A stretch of DNA of 64,000 nucleotides, taken from assembly GCA_029936315.1 (NCBI GenBank), contig JAPYTD010000006.1, positions 16,442 to 80,441 of the forward strand, read 5' to 3'. Source of the stretch: Planctomycetota bacterium (GTDB lineage: Bacteria; Planctomycetota; UBA1135; UBA2386). Positions within the stretch are counted from its first letter, which is position 1. The number at the start of each line of letters is the position of its first letter. Below, one piece after another: positions 54,954 through 63,356 of this stretch. The position numbers were made by a program, and so were the translations under genes. The notes under the pieces were generated by a model. It worked only from the letters and a program-made list of their open reading frames with translations. It had not been told where the DNA came from and did no database searches.

Positions 54954-55826
54954 CTAGAGCCCGCGCAGCCACTCGGGCCGAAGCGGCACTTCGCCTTTCA
55001 GGGCGCCATCGATCGCCGCAACGATGTCGCCGCGATCGCGCGGCAACCGGCCTGCGATCGCCAGGCGGTTGGATGCGTGGTTGGTCCGAAAGATCGCATC
55101 GCTCGGGTTCGCGTAGGCGACGAACGTGCGCAATTCGCGCAGCGCCGTCGGAATGTCGGGCATCGTGAACAGACCCTTCTCTTCGGCACGCGCGATCGGC
55201 GTGCCGGGCACGACCGTCAACGTCAGTGCCGACAAGAAGCGCGGATTCATCGCAGTTGCCAGCTCGGCAGATGCCCGTGCGTGTTGTTCACTGCGTTCGA
55301 CACCACCGGCACCTAACAGGAAGATCACCGAGGTCTTCATGCCCGCCGCGTGGGCGCGCTGGGCTGCTTCGACGTGCTCCGCCGCGGTGCTGCCTTTGGC
55401 GATGCGCTTGAGGGTTTGGTCATCGCCGCTTTCGGGGCCGATGTACAGTTGCGTCAGGCCGAGCCCGCATAGTTCACGCAGTTCGGCTTCACTCTTCTCG
55501 AGGATATTGCTCGCCATCGCGTAGCACGACACGCGGCGCAACGACGGAAACGTGTTCTTGCAGGCCGCGAGGATCGCGCGCCACGACGGCATGTCGAGGA
55601 TCAGCGAGTCGCCATCGGCGACGAACACCTTTTTCGTATTCGCACCGTAGGTCTTGCCCGCCAACGCGATGTCGGCGAGCACCTCATCGAGCGCGCGCAC
55701 CACGAACTTCTTGTCGCGGTACATGTCACAGTAGGTGCACTTGTTCCAGCTGCAGCCGATGGTCGCCTGCAGAATGTAGGCGTCAGCTTCGCTGGGCGGG
55801 CGGTAGATGCTGCCTTCGTAGCGCAT
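54954..55826 (-). CDS. Radical SAM domain protein (about 290 aa, no SPASM or B12 domain)
   Basis: The ATG at 55826 gives MRYEGSIYRPPSEADAYILQATIGCSWNKCTYCDMY. Further Elp3/HemN-like core motifs are VFVADGDSL, LYIGPESGDDQTLKRIAKG and VIFLLGAGG. It starts 4 nt after the stop of the M49 peptidase gene. The longer track ORF (to 56060) overlaps that gene. Confidence 0.8.
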   Translation of the reverse strand: MRYEGSIYRPPSEADAYILQATIGCSWNKCTYCDMYRDKKFVVRALDEVLADIALAGKTYGANTKKVFVADGDSLILDMPSWRAILAACKNTFPSLRRVSCYAMASNILEKSEAELRELCGLGLTQLYIGPESGDDQTLKRIAKGSTAAEHVEAAQRAHAAGMKTSVIFLLGAGGVERSEQHARASAELATAMNPRFLSALTLTVVPGTPIARAEEKGLFTMPDIPTALRELRTFVAYANPSDAIFRTNHASNRLAIAGRLPRDRGDIVAAIDGALKGEVPLRPEWLRGL

Positions 55827-55830
55827 GCGC

Positions 55831-57822
55831 CTACTTGCGACCGCTCCAACGCAGCATCTGGTCAGCGAGGTCCATGCAGTGATGCACCTCGACGTCTGTG
55901 GCAACGCCGTCATTCTCGACGACTCGCAGCTCTGGTTGCACAAAACCGGTAACCGACGGCAGGTTGAGTCGCTCCATGCGGGCGATGACTTCCTTGTGCA
56001 GGGTGGGGTCGATCTTGATGCCGTACTTCTCGACCAACGCCTTACCGGCCTTGAAATCACCTTCGGCCTTGATGCGCATGATCTCGGCGAGAAGCTTGCC
56101 GCAGCCTTCGCGGAACTTGTCGGCCGAATCGACGACGTAGAACGTCTTGCCGTCTTTCTTCTCGGCGTGCACGCCAGCGTTGTTCTCGAGCAGCCACAAC
56201 ACGATCAGTTGGCGGTTGCGCATGTGATCTTCTTCGACGCGCTCACCGAGCGGCACGCGGCGCAGCTGCACCAGTGCGTTGCGGGCGTAGGACTCATACT
56301 TGGCCAGCACGGCTTCGTCGTTGGGCACAAAGCCGAGGTCCTTCATCTTCTGGTCGGCGATCCAGTAGAGGCCCACCAGGTCGGCGCGGCCTTCTTCGAG
56401 CGTGCTGTAGAACAAACCGAGGCGCTGCGCCGGATTCTTGATCTCCGGCATCAGCTGGCCCGAGGCATGACCGACGACTTCGTGCAGATTGGTGTGCATG
56501 TCGCTCATCGCGGCCGAGTAGAGACGCGCGCGCGCTTCCTCTGCCGAGGTGAAAGAGAACTCACCGAGGCTGCCCGACGCCTTCACGAAGTTGTAGGTTT
56601 CGACGACGTTGGCGAGGTTGACCGACTTGGTGCCGTATTGCTCGCGCACGTCGGCCTCGTTGGGAAGGTTGATGCCGATTGGCGTGATTGGGCCGCTGTC
56701 GCCGGTTTCGGTGACGACCGAGATGGCGCGCGCCGAGATGCCTTTGACATCTGCCTTCTTGAACTTTTCTGCCCACGGCATGCGCGCTTCGAACCACGGC
56801 GCTTCGAGCGCGAGCTTGGCGATGTTGCGGCTCTTGATCTCGTCGCGGAAGCTGATCACGGATTCCCACGAACCCTTCATGCCGCGCGCGTCGACGTAGA
56901 CCTCGATGAAGCCGAGGATGAAGTCGATTGTCGAATCGTTGTCCTGCACCCATGCGATGTTGAACTCGCGCCAGTCCGCCATGCTGCCGGTCTGGTTGTA
57001 GCGGATCAGATTGGTGATCGCCTTTTGGGTCGGCTCTGGTGCGTAGGGTAACGCGGCCGTCAGGTGCACGTTGATCTGTGCGATCTCTTTGGCGTAGCGG
57101 CCTGGGGGGATGCTCGCGCCATCTCCGCAGCGGTAGATCTCTTCGATGAGCTTGCCGTTTTTCTTGACCAAGCGCGAGTTGAGGGCGTTCTTCTCGGTGA
57201 AGCCTTCGAGGTCCGCAGTGGTGACGTTGACGTAGAAGTTGTTGCAGCTCGCCGCGACCGGGTCGTTGCCGTGCTCGGTGCTCTTGTTCGTCACCGACAC
57301 GAACGTGTTGGGTTCGGTCATGATCTCCCACGCGTGACGAGGGCTATTGATTGGCGCCAGTGTCTCAGCCGACATGCTGTGGCCCTTGGTGACCGCGACG
57401 TCGCAGGCCGCCGTGAACTGCTTGAGGGTCAGCTTCAGCGGCACTTTCTTGGTTGTCAGGTTGTCGTGGATGCCCGAGTGCACCCAGAACAGTTTGCAGT
57501 AGCGCGTGACTTCTTCGGCGACGTCTGCCGGCAGGTCTTCGCGAACGAGCCAAAGCGACTCAAGCACCCAGCGCAGCGGCAGCGCGTATTCAAAGCGTTG
57601 GTCCAAGTAGATGTCTCGCCCTGCGATCGCCGCCTGCGACAGGTGGTAGGCCAACATCTTGTCGTTGAGCGACAGCGCCTCGAAGCCATCTGCGTACAAC
57701 TGCACGACGACGGTGTTGCCGACGCGGTCGAGCTGGTACTTGCGTGGATTGGCGGGGGATTCGGTGCACGCAGCAACGAATAGCAGCGTGGCGAACGAGA
57801 GGGGGAGCGACGACTTCTTCAT
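55831..57822 (-). CDS. Dipeptidyl-peptidase III-like M49 metallopeptidase lipoprotein
   Basis: The ATG at 57822 gives MKKSSLPLSFATLLFVAAC (lipobox). The M49 zinc motifs are HEVVGH (HExxGH) and EEGRAD (EExRAE/D). Confidence 0.85.
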   Translation of the reverse strand: MKKSSLPLSFATLLFVAACTESPANPRKYQLDRVGNTVVVQLYADGFEALSLNDKMLAYHLSQAAIAGRDIYLDQRFEYALPLRWVLESLWLVREDLPADVAEEVTRYCKLFWVHSGIHDNLTTKKVPLKLTLKQFTAACDVAVTKGHSMSAETLAPINSPRHAWEIMTEPNTFVSVTNKSTEHGNDPVAASCNNFYVNVTTADLEGFTEKNALNSRLVKKNGKLIEEIYRCGDGASIPPGRYAKEIAQINVHLTAALPYAPEPTQKAITNLIRYNQTGSMADWREFNIAWVQDNDSTIDFILGFIEVYVDARGMKGSWESVISFRDEIKSRNIAKLALEAPWFEARMPWAEKFKKADVKGISARAISVVTETGDSGPITPIGINLPNEADVREQYGTKSVNLANVVETYNFVKASGSLGEFSFTSAEEARARLYSAAMSDMHTNLHEVVGHASGQLMPEIKNPAQRLGLFYSTLEEGRADLVGLYWIADQKMKDLGFVPNDEAVLAKYESYARNALVQLRRVPLGERVEEDHMRNRQLIVLWLLENNAGVHAEKKDGKTFYVVDSADKFREGCGKLLAEIMRIKAEGDFKAGKALVEKYGIKIDPTLHKEVIARMERLNLPSVTGFVQPELRVVENDGVATDVEVHHCMDLADQMLRWSGRK

Positions 57823-57960
57823 GGCGATGACTCGAAAACGGGCGCGGCAGCATACCCGGAGTCGCACGGGATCCACGCTCAGGCCGCCGGTATGCGGGCG
57901 GGATGTTGCGCGAACGTGACGCAAGTTGCTTTCTCGTCCCTCATGGGCTGAGATCTGCCT

Positions 57961-58722
57961 ATGACCGAATCCGCGGATTTGCTCGTCGTCGAGGAGCTTC
58001 GCTACGCCTATGGCGATCGAGTCGCCGTGAAGTCCGCCAGCCTGACGTGTCGGCGCGGCGAGATCCTCGGTCTACTTGGCCCAAATGGCGCGGGCAAGAC
58101 CACGTTGCTGTCGTGCATCGCCGGCCTGCTGCCGAGCTTCGGCGGCAAACTGACGTTCGATGGTCAGCCGTTCTGGCCCGCGGATGACGCCCCGAGTCGT
58201 TCCCGTCTCGGACTCGTGCCGCAAGAACTGGCGCTCTACGGCGACATGACCGGTGCAGAGAACCTGCAGTTTTTCGCGCGCATGCAGGGAGTCGAATCGG
58301 CACAAGTCGCCGGCGCGGTGCAACGCGGTCTCGAACTCGCGGGCCTGGTCGATCGCGCCTCTGACCGGGTATCCGCCTACTCGGGTGGCATGAAGCGACG
58401 CCTGAACCTGGCCGTCGGCGATCTGCACAGCCCAGAGTTGCTGCTGTTGGACGAGCCGACGACCGGCGTGGATCCGCAATCACGCAACCACTTGTTCGAG
58501 TGCCTGCACGCGTTGCGCGACCGCGGTCGCACGATCATCTACACGTCGCACTACATGGAGGAGGTGCAGCGTCTCTGCGACCGCATCGTCGTCGTCAACG
58601 AAGGTGTCGTCATCGGCATTGGCACGACCGCCGAATTGGCTGAGCAAGCTGGCAAGCCCGGCGCCAACCTCGAAGAAGCCTTCCTGGCCATGACTGGTCG
58701 TTCGCTGAGGGATGAAGCATGA
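57961..58722 (+). CDS. ABC transporter ATP-binding protein
   Basis: Walker A GPNGAGKTT, signature YSGGMKRRL, Walker B LLLLDEPT. Confidence 0.9.
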   Translation: MTESADLLVVEELRYAYGDRVAVKSASLTCRRGEILGLLGPNGAGKTTLLSCIAGLLPSFGGKLTFDGQPFWPADDAPSRSRLGLVPQELALYGDMTGAENLQFFARMQGVESAQVAGAVQRGLELAGLVDRASDRVSAYSGGMKRRLNLAVGDLHSPELLLLDEPTTGVDPQSRNHLFECLHALRDRGRTIIYTSHYMEEVQRLCDRIVVVNEGVVIGIGTTAELAEQAGKPGANLEEAFLAMTGRSLRDEA

Positions 58723-60065
58723 ACACTTGGTCTACAGCACTCATCATCGCCCGTAAGGACCTGTCGCTGTACAGGCGCGACCGCACTGGTCTGCTCCTAG
58801 GCTTGTTGTTGCCAGTTGTGCTGGTGGCGGTGTTTGGCTCCGTCATGAAGTTCGCGTTCGGCGGCGAAGGAGGCATGCCGAGGGTGACTCTCTGGGTCGC
58901 TGACGAAGACGGCAGTCCCGAGAGTCAGAAGTTCGTCGGTGCTCTTCGCAACGTGTCGATGATCAGTGTTCGTCCGCGCGCCAATCAGGACCCGGCGACT
59001 GCAGCAGCGTTGCGCGGCAAGGTCAACGACGGCGAAGCGCACCACGCGTTGCTGGTCGGAGAGGGCTTTGGCGAAGCGCTATCCGAGGCGAAGGAACCGC
59101 CGTTGGTGTTGGTGCGCGATCCAGGTCGTCTGATGGAGGACCGCCTGATTGGCATTGCCATGATGCAGGCGATGATGTCGGCCGGCGATGGTCGCAGCAT
59201 GTCCTGGATGATGGGCAGCATGATGCGTCGTAACGGCATGAGCGAGCAAGGAGTCAAGCGGCTGCAAGCCAGCATGGAAGCCGTGCAGAGCGTCATCGGC
59301 ATGTTCGCCGGCGGCTCGGATCCAGAGTTGCGCAGCGAGACGGCGCCCGCCGCCTCTGCGGACAACTTCGACATGACGGCGATGTTCGAGGGCATGGTGC
59401 CGGTCACCAAAGAAGACGTCGCACCACCGGATCGCCCCAAGAACCTCGGCTTCCAGTTGGCGCAGAGCGTCTCCGGCATGTGCGTAATGATGTTGATGTT
59501 CGGTTTGATGGCTTGCAGCAGCATGCTGCTGGTCGAACGCGATCAAGGTACCTTGCGTCGTCTGTTGGTTAGCTGCGCACCGCGTCACGCGTTGCTGCTC
59601 GGTAAGTTCTTGTTCTGCTTCGTGGTTGGCTTTTTGCAACTGATCGTGCTGTTTGCCTTTGGCGAATTGGTGTTCTCGATTGGTGCCTTTCGCGATCCAT
59701 TGACGTTGCTCGCGTTGGCTACGACGTGGGTTGCCGCGGCGACGAGCTTTGGCATCTTGATCTCGGTGTGGGCGAAGTCGACCAAGCAGGCTGAAGGCTT
59801 GGCGACCCTCCTCATTCTGGTCATGGCTGCGCTCGGTGGTTGTTGGTTCCCGGTCCAGATGGTCGAGTTGCCATGGTACGGCGAGGTGATCACGCGCTCG
59901 ACGCTGACGTTTTGGGCGATGGAGGGCTTCCAGGGCATGTTTTGGCACCAGAAGCCATTGACGGATCCGGTCATGCTGCGCGCGATGGCGGTGCAGTGGG
60001 GGTTCGTTGTCATTGCGTCTTTCGCCGCGGTGCGGTTGTGGCGTCGCCGCTTCTTGGGCACGTAG
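58719..60065 (+). CDS. ABC-2 type transporter permease
   Basis: ATGA overlap with the ATPase gene. It has an N-terminal TM segment, a large extracytoplasmic loop and five C-terminal TM segments, the typical ABC-2 architecture. Confidence 0.8.
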   Translation: MNTWSTALIIARKDLSLYRRDRTGLLLGLLLPVVLVAVFGSVMKFAFGGEGGMPRVTLWVADEDGSPESQKFVGALRNVSMISVRPRANQDPATAAALRGKVNDGEAHHALLVGEGFGEALSEAKEPPLVLVRDPGRLMEDRLIGIAMMQAMMSAGDGRSMSWMMGSMMRRNGMSEQGVKRLQASMEAVQSVIGMFAGGSDPELRSETAPAASADNFDMTAMFEGMVPVTKEDVAPPDRPKNLGFQLAQSVSGMCVMMLMFGLMACSSMLLVERDQGTLRRLLVSCAPRHALLLGKFLFCFVVGFLQLIVLFAFGELVFSIGAFRDPLTLLALATTWVAAATSFGILISVWAKSTKQAEGLATLLILVMAALGGCWFPVQMVELPWYGEVITRSTLTFWAMEGFQGMFWHQKPLTDPVMLRAMAVQWGFVVIASFAAVRLWRRRFLGT

Positions 60066-60236
60066 TCTCCTGGGAGGGTTACGCCGCACGGTGTCTGCTA
60101 GTGCTGCGCGGTGGTGTGGTGGGCTCAAGGTCATAGCGGCGGCGAATGCATCAGCTTTGTCTGTTGCTCGATGCATGCGTGCACGCGTTATGATCGTCAT
60201 CACACAGACCAGAAACCTCCTTTCGGAATCAGCCAC

Positions 60237-61601
60237 GTGCGCGTTGCAATACTGCCTCTTCTTCTATCCTTGCTGACTACGGCTCTCGCTGCCCAGTCCT
60301 GGTCGCAAGTAACCACCATCAACAACCCGGGCCAGGTCCGCGATGCGTCGATGGCTTTCCACAACGCGAGTGGCAATTGCGTGCTGTTTGGCGGTTGGCC
60401 GGCACTCAATGCCACTTGGCTGTATGACGGCAGCAACTGGACTAACGCCGCGTCGGCGACGTCGCCGCCCGGCCGTCGTGACTTCGCCATGGCGTCTGAC
60501 ATCGCTCGAGGTGTCATCGTCCTGTTTGGTGGCTCCGGCCCACTAGGCGATACTTGGGAGTTTGACGGTAGCAACTGGAGCAACGTCACACCTGCGAGCA
60601 GCCCGCCGGCGCGCCTTGGCCACGTGATGGCATACGACGTCGCGCGTGGCGTGACGGTACTCTTTGGCGGCACCGGTAACCCAAACCTTCCGCCGGTCTT
60701 CATGGACACGTGGGAGTGGAACGGCACGACTTGGACACAAGTCGTCACGGCCAGCACGCCGAACGAACCGACCTTTTCGTGCATGTGCTACGACATCGCA
60801 CGCGCCGTCTGTGTCTTGACCGGTGGCACCAGCTTGTTTGGCGCCCCCGACCAGAAGACGTGGGAATACGACGGCAGCAACTGGGTCGACCGCACCGTGT
60901 CGGTTGGTCCGGCACCGAGTGCCATCCCGGGCCTTGGCGTGCAGAACGCGAAGATGGTCTATGACTCGACACGCGGCGTGTCGATGCTCTACGGCGGACG
61001 CACCCCGAACGGCACGTTCTCGACCGATACGTTCGAATACGACGGCAGCTCGTGGGGGGTTGTCGCGAGCGGCACACCGAGTTCGCGCACGCGCAACTCG
61101 ATGGCGTTCGACATGGCTCGCGGCGTGCCGGTTATCTACGGTGGCCTGACCGGCAACTTCCAAACGTGGTTTCAGGAGACGTGGGAGTTTAGTGCTCCGG
61201 TCTCGGCATCCTACGTGGTGTTTGGCGCAGGTTGCGCTGGCTCGGCTGGTGTTCCGACCAACAGCGCTTCGGCGTTACCCGTGCTCGGCCAGACCATGGT
61301 CGTCGACGTCGCCAACATGCCGGCGCCCGAAATCATGGCAATGGTCGTCGGCCTCAGCATCGTAAGCCCGTCGATTGACCTGGGCGTGATCGGCGCGCCC
61401 GGTTGCCCAGCGCGTGTGACGCCTGACTTGCTGAGCTTGGTGACGGGTGCCGCAGGTACTGCGTCCTACAGCCTTGCCATTCCGGCGACTGCGAATCTCG
61501 CGGGCTTCGAGCTACATACACAGGCAGTTGTGTTCGATGGCGCAGTTAACGCGTTTGGCGCGGTCGTTTCATCGGCAGCAACGGCAACCCTCGGCAATTA
61601 G
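60237..61601 (+). CDS. Secreted six-bladed Kelch-repeat propeller protein with a C-terminal beta domain
   Basis: The GTG at 60237 gives signal (M)RVAILPLLLSLLTTALAAQS. There are six repeats of W..v......P..R......yd..rgv.vLFGG. Alternative starts are ATG 60171 and the track start at 60111. Confidence 0.75.
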   Translation: MRVAILPLLLSLLTTALAAQSWSQVTTINNPGQVRDASMAFHNASGNCVLFGGWPALNATWLYDGSNWTNAASATSPPGRRDFAMASDIARGVIVLFGGSGPLGDTWEFDGSNWSNVTPASSPPARLGHVMAYDVARGVTVLFGGTGNPNLPPVFMDTWEWNGTTWTQVVTASTPNEPTFSCMCYDIARAVCVLTGGTSLFGAPDQKTWEYDGSNWVDRTVSVGPAPSAIPGLGVQNAKMVYDSTRGVSMLYGGRTPNGTFSTDTFEYDGSSWGVVASGTPSSRTRNSMAFDMARGVPVIYGGLTGNFQTWFQETWEFSAPVSASYVVFGAGCAGSAGVPTNSASALPVLGQTMVVDVANMPAPEIMAMVVGLSIVSPSIDLGVIGAPGCPARVTPDLLSLVTGAAGTASYSLAIPATANLAGFELHTQAVVFDGAVNAFGAVVSSAATATLGN

Positions 61602-61692
61602 GCGGAACGCCTGTACTCGTAACGATGTGTCCCAGCATCGAATCAGGTGGGGCTAGCGGTGGATTGCTCGGCAATCTACCGTTTCGCCATTC

Positions 61693-62781
61693 ATGAACCG
61701 CATTTCCTACGGTGCAGCTGCTTGCGTGCTGCTGCTTTCTTGTGACGCGCTTGCGCAGGGCCGCGGCGGTCGCCAGCGCGGCGTCAACGTCGCTCGCATG
61801 CTCGAAAGATACGACGCCAACGACGACGGCAAGTTGACCAAGGATGAGGTTGCAAGCGCGTCGATGTGGCGACGACTGGTTGCTGTGGACAAGGATAAGG
61901 ATGGTGCCGTCACCAAGAAGGAGATGGAATCGTTGACGAGCGGCCGCGGTGGTCGCAGTCGCGGCGGCGAAGCGACGTGGAAGTTCTTGCAAGAGAAGTA
62001 CGACGGCGACAAAGACGGCAAGATCAGTGCGAAGGAGTACACACGCGGCAAGGCGACGTTCGCGCGGCTTGACAAGGACAAGGATGGAGTCCTGACCAAG
62101 AAGGATTGGGACGTGCCAGGCGAGCGTCGTTCGCGCGGCGGCAATCGAGACCGCAACGCCAAGAGCTCCGCGCCCGAAGCGGGCGATCGCGCACCAGACT
62201 TTACGTTGACCTACGTCGGTGACGCCAAGAAGAGCATGAAGCTGTCGGACTACGTCGGCAAGAAGCCCGTCGCGTTGGTGTTCGGGAGCTGTACTTGACG
62301 ACCGTTCGTGAGCTCAGCTGGTCAGCTGAGCGATCTCTACGCGGAGTTCTCCAAGGACGTTCAGTTCTTCCTCGTCTACTGCCGTGAGGCCCATGCGATC
62401 GATGGCAAGAATCCAGGCAGCAAGCCGGTCGAAGATCCCATCAGTGACGCGGAGCGCCGCTCCGTCGCGAAGAAGTTTGTTGCGGATATGAACCTGGAGA
62501 TCCCGACGTTGCTTGATGGTGTCGACGATGCCGTAGGCAAGGCCTACGCATCCCACCCAGATCGTCTCTACCTGATTGGCAAGGATGGTCTGGTTGCTTA
62601 CGCCGGCGACCGCGGACCCTCTGGCTTCGAACCGCGCGAACTTGCTGAGGCGATCGAGGACGAGTTGTTCCGCATCGAGGCGAAGCAGCCAGCGAAGGAT
62701 AAGCCCGCCAAGAAGAAGGCCGGCAAGACCACGTCGGACCGAAAGAAGTCTGGCAAGAAGGGGCCGTCGTACATTCGCTGA
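61693..62781 (+). CDS. Exported selenoprotein with four EF-hands and an iodothyronine-deiodinase-like thioredoxin fold. The in-frame TGA at 62296..62298 is read as selenocysteine.
   Basis: Track ORFs 61693..62298 and 62308..62781 share one frame. The junction reads KPVALVFGSCT-TGA-RPFVSSAGQLSDLYAEFSKDVQFFLVYCREAHAIDG ... DRLYLIGKDGLVAYAGDRGPSGFEPRELAEAIE. This parallels the deiodinase active site FGSCT-U-PSF ... EEAHASDGW ... ERLYI..G.I.YKG..GPW.Y.PEEV. The N-terminal half has a signal peptide and four EF-hand loops. Confidence 0.75.
62312..62331 (+). promoter_or_regulatory. Bacterial SECIS-like stem-loop downstream of the in-frame UGA
   Basis: GCUCAGCU-GGUC-AGCUGAGC: a perfect 8-bp stem with a GGUC apical loop. 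The stem starts 14 nt after the UGA, and the loop GGU lies at +25 to +27 counting the U of UGA as +1. Confidence 0.55.
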
Positions 62782-62852
62782 CAGCGAGCAATAATGCGCC
62801 GGCGTGGGGTGGGCTGGAATACAGTCCTGCCAACTCCGTCCCGCGAGGCCAA

Positions 62853-63248
62853 ATGAGAATCTACAGGCACCTGCTTTCTGTCAGCCTTGCGTTGGTAGGC
62901 GCGGCTCTTACGAGTTGCGCGACCACGAACGGCGACCCGTCAGCGACCGTAAACACCGACGCCTACAGCGTTGTCTTCCAAGGCAGCAAGGTCGAGGTGA
63001 CGTGCAGGCGGCCGATGGTACTAGGGGACTTCCTCAAGATGGCTCAGGCCGTAACCGGGAGGGTGTACATCTTCAAGAGCCCGGTCCCTGGCGGGGTGCG
63101 CTGGGAGTGGGTGGGCACCGTGAACGTCGAACGCGCGGAATTTGATGACTTCGTGGCCACCATGCTCAAGGTGAATGGCATGACCGCAGAGGCGCGACGG
63201 CACGGGGACGTAGACTTCATCGAGGTCATCCCCTTCAAGCGCGGCTGA
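62853..63248 (+). CDS. Small lipoprotein with a secretin-N0/STN-like fold pattern
   Basis: Signal MRIYRHLLSVSLALVGAALTSC (lipobox). VLGDFLKMAQAVTGRVYIF...VERAEFDDFVATMLKVNGM resembles the short N-terminal domain of secretins and TonB-dependent receptors. Weak call. Confidence 0.5.
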   Translation: MRIYRHLLSVSLALVGAALTSCATTNGDPSATVNTDAYSVVFQGSKVEVTCRRPMVLGDFLKMAQAVTGRVYIFKSPVPGGVRWEWVGTVNVERAEFDDFVATMLKVNGMTAEARRHGDVDFIEVIPFKRG

Positions 63249-63356
63249 GCAATCTCCGTCCCAAGAATGTCAGGCGCAGAGCTCAGCGCCGTGACGGACC
63301 GATGTGCAGACTAGGATTACGTGCGTTCACCGGGGCATGCGGTGAGGTCTGTGCAA

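Noticed and set aside
61693-62298. Treating track ORFs 61693..62298 and 62308..62781 as two independent genes (an EF-hand protein and a small thioredoxin-like protein with a GTG start).
   Set aside because: They share one frame. The split falls exactly at the catalytic residue of a single thioredoxin-fold domain (FGSCT|U|RPF). The second ORF has no upstream ribosome-binding context of its own. A SECIS-like hairpin overlaps its putative start. One Sec-containing CDS explains the sequence better.
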